Below are positions 58,604 through 64,000 of a DNA stretch of 64,000 bases, piece by piece. The translations under genes were made by a program, and so were the position numbers. The number at the start of each line of letters is the position of its first letter. Position 1 is the stretch's first letter. The DNA lies in assembly GCA_022340905.1 (NCBI GenBank), contig JAJDNB010000014.1:1227-65226 (forward strand), written 5' to 3'. The notes beneath the pieces are model-generated. The model saw only the letters and a list, made by a program, of their open reading frames with translations, searched no databases and was not told where the DNA came from. This DNA comes from Deltaproteobacteria bacterium. GTDB lineage: Bacteria; Desulfobacterota; Syntrophobacteria; BM002.

Positions 58604-59497
58604 ATGCCGTCTACTCACAAAGGTTTTCTGTTCGTCTGGTCCCTGTACTTTTTGCTCACGTTGGGAGGTTGTATACCTACTAAGCAGGCCAGAGTTGCAG
58701 CTGTGGCCTATACTGCAGAGGACGTGCTGCGCGCAGCAGCGAAACAGTCCGACCCCGCAATCATCCGTGATGGCAGTCCTGCCTATCTCATGCTGGTGGA
58801 CGGCCTCATAGAAGCATATCCAAACAACCGCGAGTTGTTAACCTCTGGCTGCCAGGCATATACCGTTTATGCCTCATCTTTCGTGGAGGATACTGACCCA
58901 GAAAAGGCAGAGAAACTCTATGCAAAGGCCAAGATCTACGGGTTCAGGGCTCTTTCCCGAAAGCAGGACTTCCAGCAGGCCGCCTCTGGCACTCTTGATA
59001 ATTTTGCACTTTTTCTCAAGGACTACGACAAGGAGTACGTGCCTGCACTTTTCTGGACTACCAGTGCCTGGGCAAAGTGGATCAGCCTCAATCCGGACAG
59101 CTTGGAGGCCCTGGCTGATTTGCCCATGCTGGAAGCTACTATGCAAAGGGTGATAGAACTGGACGAAGGATTCTACTACGGCAGCCCCCAGCTGCATATG
59201 GCTGTATATCTGGCGGCAAAACCCTCAATTGCTGGTGGCAACCTGGATAAAGCTAAAGAGCATTTCGATAGGGCCTTTTCTCTGGGAGCAGATAAGCTTT
59301 TTTCCGCCAAAGTACTTTTTGCCAGATATTATGCAGTCAGTCGCAAGGACCGCGTCCTTTTCGTAAAAACCTTGCAAGAAGTGTTGGCAGCACCTGTGGA
59401 TGAAGTGCCAGAGCTGACCTTGTCAAACACCTTGGCCAAGGAAAAGGCCAGAGAGTTGCTGGGGAGAGCAGATGAATACTTTATGGCATCACCTTGA
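58604..59497 (+). CDS. tatT: TRAP transporter TatT component (TPR-like lipoprotein)
   Basis: Lipoprotein signal (LLTLGGC) and an all-helical TPR-like protein of TatT length (297 aa). It sits immediately upstream of dctP-dctQ-dctM. Confidence 0.65.
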   Translation: MPSTHKGFLFVWSLYFLLTLGGCIPTKQARVAAVAYTAEDVLRAAAKQSDPAIIRDGSPAYLMLVDGLIEAYPNNRELLTSGCQAYTVYASSFVEDTDPEKAEKLYAKAKIYGFRALSRKQDFQQAASGTLDNFALFLKDYDKEYVPALFWTTSAWAKWISLNPDSLEALADLPMLEATMQRVIELDEGFYYGSPQLHMAVYLAAKPSIAGGNLDKAKEHFDRAFSLGADKLFSAKVLFARYYAVSRKDRVLFVKTLQEVLAAPVDEVPELTLSNTLAKEKARELLGRADEYFMASP

Positions 59498-59519
59498 GAC
59501 GGCCGGTCATGGGAAACCG

Positions 59520-60539
59520 ATGAAACGAAGGGGAAAGTATCTTCTTGTGATCGTAGTTATCTTTCTGCTCCTACTCCTTGGTTCTTTACCCGGCGAGGCA
59601 GAGGAGCTGCAGCACGAGATCAAACTGGCCACTCTTGCTCCGGAAAACAGCTCCCTGATGGAAATCTTCCGGGAGATGGACAGGGAGCTAAGAAAAGAGA
59701 CTGAAGGCCGGGTGGGATTCAAGCTCTATTCAGGCTTTGCTCTAGGTGATGAGCAGGATATCTTCAGAAAGCTGCGGTTCGGTTTAATTCAGGCAGCGAC
59801 TTTCACTTCTACTTTTCTTGCCGATATCAACCCTGATATTCGCGCCCTTCAGATCCCCTTTCTCTTCAACAATTACCAGGAAGTCGATTACGTTCTGGGA
59901 AAAATGGTGGGTGAATTCAACCAGAGTTTTTCTAAACAGGGCTACCAAGTATTGGGCTGGTCTGAGGTCGGCTTTATTCACTTTATGAGTACCATCCCAA
60001 TTACAAAGGTTGAGGACCTCAAGGGCAAGAAGGTGTGGAGCAGGGCCAAGGCACCTCTTGCCAACGCGGTCTTCTATAAGGCTCACGCCTCTCCCGTGAC
60101 CATCGGCGCTCCGGACGTTTTGGTGGGCCTGCAAACTAACCTGGTGGAGGTAGTCTATAACTCGCCCTATTACGCTCTGGTGACTCAGTGGTACACTAAG
60201 GTAAAGTATATAAATGATCTACCCCTTGCCTACGTAGGCGGCGCTCTACTCGTGAGCAATAAGGCTTTTTCCCGTCTTTCGTCTCAAGATCAGGAGATCA
60301 CCAGAAAAGTCTGCATGGAATACACGCGACGTCTCACTGAGAAAACCAGAAAAGATAATAGTGAGGCACTGAAGATTATTCTGAGCCGCGGCGTGACAAG
60401 CATATCACATGCACCGGGAGAATTGGAAAAATTCAAGAAACTGCTTGATCAAGCACTGCTTGAAGTTGATCCGGAGAGTCTCCCTAGGGACACCTTGCAA
60501 AAGGTCAGGGATATACTCAAAGAATACCGGGCCAGATAG
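59520..60539 (+). CDS. dctP: TRAP transporter substrate-binding protein (DctP/TatP-like)
   Basis: Signal peptide from MKRRGKYLLVIVVIFLLLLLG. DctP-family conservation (GFKLYSGFALGDE...). The track ORF starts at 59472, and 59520 is the more likely start. Confidence 0.75.
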   Translation: MKRRGKYLLVIVVIFLLLLLGSLPGEAEELQHEIKLATLAPENSSLMEIFREMDRELRKETEGRVGFKLYSGFALGDEQDIFRKLRFGLIQAATFTSTFLADINPDIRALQIPFLFNNYQEVDYVLGKMVGEFNQSFSKQGYQVLGWSEVGFIHFMSTIPITKVEDLKGKKVWSRAKAPLANAVFYKAHASPVTIGAPDVLVGLQTNLVEVVYNSPYYALVTQWYTKVKYINDLPLAYVGGALLVSNKAFSRLSSQDQEITRKVCMEYTRRLTEKTRKDNSEALKIILSRGVTSISHAPGELEKFKKLLDQALLEVDPESLPRDTLQKVRDILKEYRAR

Positions 60540-60544
60540 AGGGA

Positions 60545-61060
60545 GTGTCTGTGGCTGTATCTGTCTCCAGGTATGTCAAGAAGATTGTCCAGTTCTTTGA
60601 AAATCTGGAGACATGGTTGTTTGTAATTATCTTGGGCTCCCTTGCCGCTTTCGCCGTCTTGCAAATCATTTTGCGGAATTTCTTCTCAACCGGGCTGGTC
60701 TGGGGTGATGACCTTTTGAGACACGGGGTACTCTGGATTAGCGTCTTGGGGGCATCCCGCGCCACCCTCGAGAGGAAGCACATCAGGATTGACCTTCTGC
60801 CCAGGGTCATGCCGGCCCGGATAGGCTTCATTTCAGACTTTATCTGCTGTTTCGTTTCCTTCCTTGTGTGTGTCGTTCTCTTTTGGGCCTCCTGGAACTT
60901 TGTCCGGGGAGAACGGCTCGCCGGGGATGTTGCCTTTGCCTCAATTCCCTACTGGTGTCTTGAACTAATCTTTCCTATTGGTTTTGCGCTGATGGCACTC
61001 AGATTCGGCTTTCGCATTGCCGGCGGGCTGGCCGGCAAACAGGAGGGGGTGGAGACATGA
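60545..61060 (+). CDS. dctQ: TRAP transporter small permease (DctQ)
   Basis: A 171-aa, 4-TM DctQ-like protein. It overlaps dctM by 4 nt. Confidence 0.8.
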   Translation: MSVAVSVSRYVKKIVQFFENLETWLFVIILGSLAAFAVLQIILRNFFSTGLVWGDDLLRHGVLWISVLGASRATLERKHIRIDLLPRVMPARIGFISDFICCFVSFLVCVVLFWASWNFVRGERLAGDVAFASIPYWCLELIFPIGFALMALRFGFRIAGGLAGKQEGVET

Positions 61061-62319
61061 AAGCAACACTGCTCACCCTCCTTTTTATACTGATAGCATT
61101 TTCCGGCGCTCCCCTCTTCGTGGTCATCTCTGCCGCCGCCTTATTTTGTTTCTACTTCATTGGGGTGGACCTCTCCGTTGTCATCATCGAAATGTACCGG
61201 TTGGCTGCCAATCCCCTGCTCATTGCTTTATTGTTTTTTGCCTTCGCTGGATATGTCTTGGCAGAAAGTGCTGCCGGTCAAAGGCTGGTTAAGCTATCCT
61301 CTGCAATCTTCGGCTGCGTCCGCGGCGGTCTTGCACTGGTTTCCTTACTCTCCTGCGCTTTTTTCACTGCCCTTACCGGCGCCTCAGGGATCACCATTGT
61401 CGCCCTGGGAGGGTTGCTTCTGCCTGCCCTTTTGCAAGAAAAATATGCAGAAGACTTCTCTTTAGGATTGCTTACCAGCTCGGGAAGCCTCGGTCTCCTC
61501 TTTCCTCCCAGTTTACCAATGATTATCTATGGTGTTGTCGCTGGGGTCAGTATTCCTAAACTTTTCCTTGCCGGACTTATACCGGGTATATTTTTGCTGG
61601 TCTTGCTTGGCGGATACAGCATCTATAAGGGCGTCCGCGGTGACTGCACGGTGTTGACCTTTGATTTTAAAAAACTCTTGGACACTGTTCGGGAGACAAT
61701 TTGGGAAATATTGCTTCCCGTGGTGGTGTTTGGCGGGATATACAGCGGGTTTCTTGCAGTTAGCGAGGCTGCAGTGGTTACCCTGGTTTATGTACTTGTG
61801 GTCGCACTTGCCATCAATCGCGACGTGAAGCTTCGCCAGGTGCCCACAATTGTTGGCAACACCGTGGTCATGGTTGGGAGCATCATCATCATTCTCGGCG
61901 CCGCCCTCGCCTTCAACAGTTTCTTGATTGATCAACAAATACCCAGCAGGATTCTCCTTTGGATCCAGAGTCAGGTACAGAGTAAATTCTTTTTCTTGAT
62001 TATCCTAAACGTATTCCTGCTGCTGGTGGGCTGCTTTCTCGATGTTTATTCTGCCCTAGTAGTCGTTGCACCACTTGTCATCCCTATTGCCCAAGGTTAC
62101 GACCTCAATTTATTCCATCTGGGTATTATTTTCCTAACCAACCTGCAGATCGGTTATACTACCCCACCTGTGGGAATGAACCTATTCATTGCCAGCCTAC
62201 GGTTCGAAAAGTCCGTAATCCGACTGGGTATTGCTTCCCTGCCTTTTCTGGGTATTCTCCTTGTGGCCCTCGCTATAATCACCTATGTTCCCGCCTTGAG
62301 CCTTCTTCTTGTCAGGTAA
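61057..62319 (+). CDS. dctM: TRAP transporter large permease (DctM)
   Basis: A 420-aa, roughly 12-TM DctM-family protein. Confidence 0.85.
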   Translation: MKATLLTLLFILIAFSGAPLFVVISAAALFCFYFIGVDLSVVIIEMYRLAANPLLIALLFFAFAGYVLAESAAGQRLVKLSSAIFGCVRGGLALVSLLSCAFFTALTGASGITIVALGGLLLPALLQEKYAEDFSLGLLTSSGSLGLLFPPSLPMIIYGVVAGVSIPKLFLAGLIPGIFLLVLLGGYSIYKGVRGDCTVLTFDFKKLLDTVRETIWEILLPVVVFGGIYSGFLAVSEAAVVTLVYVLVVALAINRDVKLRQVPTIVGNTVVMVGSIIIILGAALAFNSFLIDQQIPSRILLWIQSQVQSKFFFLIILNVFLLLVGCFLDVYSALVVVAPLVIPIAQGYDLNLFHLGIIFLTNLQIGYTTPPVGMNLFIASLRFEKSVIRLGIASLPFLGILLVALAIITYVPALSLLLVR

Positions 62320-62334
62320 GCTCACTTCGACAGA

Positions 62335-62600
62335 TACTTCATGGAGGTTAGAGGTCAGAGGTCAGAGGTCAGATGACAGCAGGTAGAACTCAGAGGTCAG
62401 ACATCAGAGATCAGAGGTCAGAATTCAGATTAGAGATGACAGACGATAGCAAGCGGCGTCCTTATCCGTTATTGGTTATTCGTTATTCGGGAGTTTTGCT
62501 CCTGTGAGCTTTGAGCCGTGAGCTGTGAGCTGAATTGACGGTTTCTACGAATTCTACGAATCAACCTTTTGACCATTTGACCGGAGCGTTATCGCTGCTT
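62335..62600. repeat. Mosaic intergenic repeat block
   Basis: Contains ggaggttagaggtcagaggtcagaggtcagatgacagcaggtagaactcagaggtcagacatcagagatcagaggtcagaattcagattagagatgacagacgatagcaagc, ccgttattggttattcgttattcgg, gtgagctttgagccgtgagctgtgagctg, and ctacgaattctacgaatcaaccttttgaccatttgacc. Confidence 0.6.
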
Positions 62601-62891
62601 GTCCTGAGCGACTCGACCTGAGGACTTCGTGTGAGCCTCAGTCGAACTCCTCGTCGACAGGTCTCGTCGGAGGATGGTCTCTGCGAGTTGGTCTCTCTAC
62701 TTCTATAGACAAGCTCCTCGCCACAGTCAGAGGCTTCTTGGGTTGATTCTGTGGTCCCTCCTTGCATCACATCATTCGACTCATTTTGACTAACTTCTTT
62801 CAGTTGTGGTAGGTTGATCCACCCTCGAGGGTAAGTGGGCAAGAGGGAAAGGGAGTTTCCGCATCTACCAGCAGTTAATGGAGGAGCGATT

Positions 62892-63308
62892 ATGATACGC
62901 ACACCACTTATTGTCTCAGTGATTTTGTTGGCCAGCGCTTCATTTTCCCTCGCCGGGTCAAAGCCGAACGTCAAGCCAGGCAAATGGGAAGTTACTACAA
63001 GGATGGAAATGCCAGGCATGCAGATGAACATGCCACCTATGACTCATACCCAGTGTATTACGGAAACCGACTACGTTCCCCAAACCGGCCAACCTGGGGA
63101 GGAATGCGAAGTCACCAGGACAAGGGTGTCTGGCGACACGGTAACCTGGACCATGCATTGCCTCGGCGAAGGCGGTGAAATGAATGGTACCGGTAAAGTG
63201 ACCTACCAGGGCGACAGTTTCAAAGGTGAGATCAGCATGTCTGTGGTCCCAACCGGTATGTCGATGACCATCTACACAAATGGCCGTCGTATTGGGGCCT
63301 GTGATTAA
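62892..63308 (+). CDS. DUF3617-like secreted protein
   Basis: Signal peptide MIRTPLIVSVILLASASFSLA, then KPGKWEVTTRMEMPGMQ... The pattern resembles DUF3617. GGAGG sits 7 nt upstream of the ATG at 62892. The track ORF starts earlier at a GTG. Confidence 0.6.
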   Translation: MIRTPLIVSVILLASASFSLAGSKPNVKPGKWEVTTRMEMPGMQMNMPPMTHTQCITETDYVPQTGQPGEECEVTRTRVSGDTVTWTMHCLGEGGEMNGTGKVTYQGDSFKGEISMSVVPTGMSMTIYTNGRRIGACD

Positions 63309-63381
63309 AAGTGGAATAGTGGAAGTTTGGGATGATGGAATGATGATGGGGTTTAAGCGAGAAAGGGCCCAGCCTAGATCT

Positions 63382-64000
63382 CTACCAGGGAATCGCGGAG
63401 GCAATGAAGCAACCACCTCCGCCGCCACCAGAGGATGATGAACCACCAGATGATCCCAAGCCACTGGGGTCGATAATAACACCGTTAGCTACGCCATCAG
63501 CATCGCCGTAACCGCCATCCTGTAGCTCAAGAATGACTGATCTTCTATCTGCACTGAACCAGGAATGGGCTGAATAATCCTGCCAGCCGTTAACCGAGTC
63601 GTACTTATACCACTTATCCCCTGATTTGGCAGGCTCGGACAAATACACGACTACTTCAGCTTCATCCCCGGGAGTGCCAACTGCCAGGCTGAAACTGAGA
63701 AGTCCGAAGGGCAGGGTCTCAGGTTTGTCAATTTTATCCATAATAGTATTCGGGTCTACAGACGAAAGAGAATCGATTTTGGTAACATTCTTTTTGCCCC
63801 TGATTCCTATCCGTGCTCCATCGACAACTGTGTTCACCCACTCCACTTCATCCGAAATGTGAGAGACAAACTTGCCGAAACTGTACGGGTCTGCTCCCAC
63901 AGGCACAACGTCTGTAGTAAGATTGTCTATCGTTCTAACGACTGTGACTGTGTCATCGGCGATATTTGATACATAGCAGTAGTCACCCTCGGGACTGACC
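63382..64000 (-). CDS. C-terminal part of a secreted YVTN beta-propeller repeat protein (5' end off-window), with a Gly/Ser linker and short hydrophobic C-terminal tail
   Basis: The reading frame stays open upstream of the track's GTG start through to position 64000. It translates as ...PEGDYCYVSNIADDTVTVVRTIDNLTTDVVPVGADPYSF..., a YVTN-type propeller blade. The C-terminus reads ...PSGLGSSGGSSSSGGGGGGCFIASAIPW*. Confidence 0.6.
   Translation of the reverse strand, partial: VSPEGDYCYVSNIADDTVTVVRTIDNLTTDVVPVGADPYSFGKFVSHISDEVEWVNTVVDGARIGIRGKKNVTKIDSLSSVDPNTIMDKIDKPETLPFGLLSFSLAVGTPGDEAEVVVYLSEPAKSGDKWYKYDSVNGWQDYSAHSWFSADRRSVILELQDGGYGDADGVANGVIIDPSGLGSSGGSSSSGGGGGGCFIASAIPW

Noticed and set aside
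1-64000. CRISPR array interpretation of the intergenic repeats
   Set aside because: There are no regularly spaced 28-37 bp direct repeats with unique spacers and no cas genes. The repeats are dispersed mosaics and one 8-bp microsatellite.

Overview
The window is a gene-dense bacterial chromosomal segment, GC roughly 50%, with the gene content of an anaerobe. The housekeeping and metabolic genes are mostly conventional. Recognised loci, from start to end:
- pdxS-pdxT, PLP synthase.
- Glycogen phosphorylase.
- A four-gene carbohydrate ABC importer.
- An OsmC gene divergent from a GlxA/AraC regulator.
- A cell-cycle cluster: rluB-scpB-scpA, a DHH-CBS-CCA nucleotidyltransferase fusion, xerD.
- nrnA, an Smr protein, RNase D.
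- An E. coli-type YcaO with a C-terminal TPR tail.
- A nucleotide-pool sanitation trio: dGTPase-like HD, MutT-like NUDIX, a second NUDIX.
- An overlapping HEAT-repeat plus DUF3391-HD-GYP gene pair.
- A 1289-aa pyruvate:ferredoxin oxidoreductase homolog with unusual terminal extensions.
- A TatT-DctPQM (TPAT-type TRAP) transporter.
- Several small secreted or cysteine-rich proteins.

The most unusual signal is non-coding. Almost every intergenic gap of 100 bp or more is filled with a mosaic of recurring short low-complexity words, for example ggtcagagg, cgtagaa, catagggcatagag, gtcatctg, ttcgaaatt, cggataacg and gaccaatt, in both orientations. These assemble into several conserved 60-150 bp repeat families, several of which recur at three or four loci in near-identical form. 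One family flanks scpA as a near-perfect inverted repeat. One forms a 170-bp 8-mer microsatellite in the xerD/nrnA divergent promoter. These elements generate many spurious ORFs in the six-frame track.

Other points worth follow-up:
- A secreted protein split by an in-frame TGA.
- A Tyr/Arg/His-rich secreted low-complexity protein.
- A 57-aa FCS/TRASH zinc-finger ORF missing from the ORF track.
- A rhodanese-ferritin-like fusion.
- A YVTN beta-propeller protein whose C-terminus ends in an odd Gly-rich/CFIASAIPW tail.

No rRNA, tRNA, CRISPR array, transposase or phage genes were recognised.
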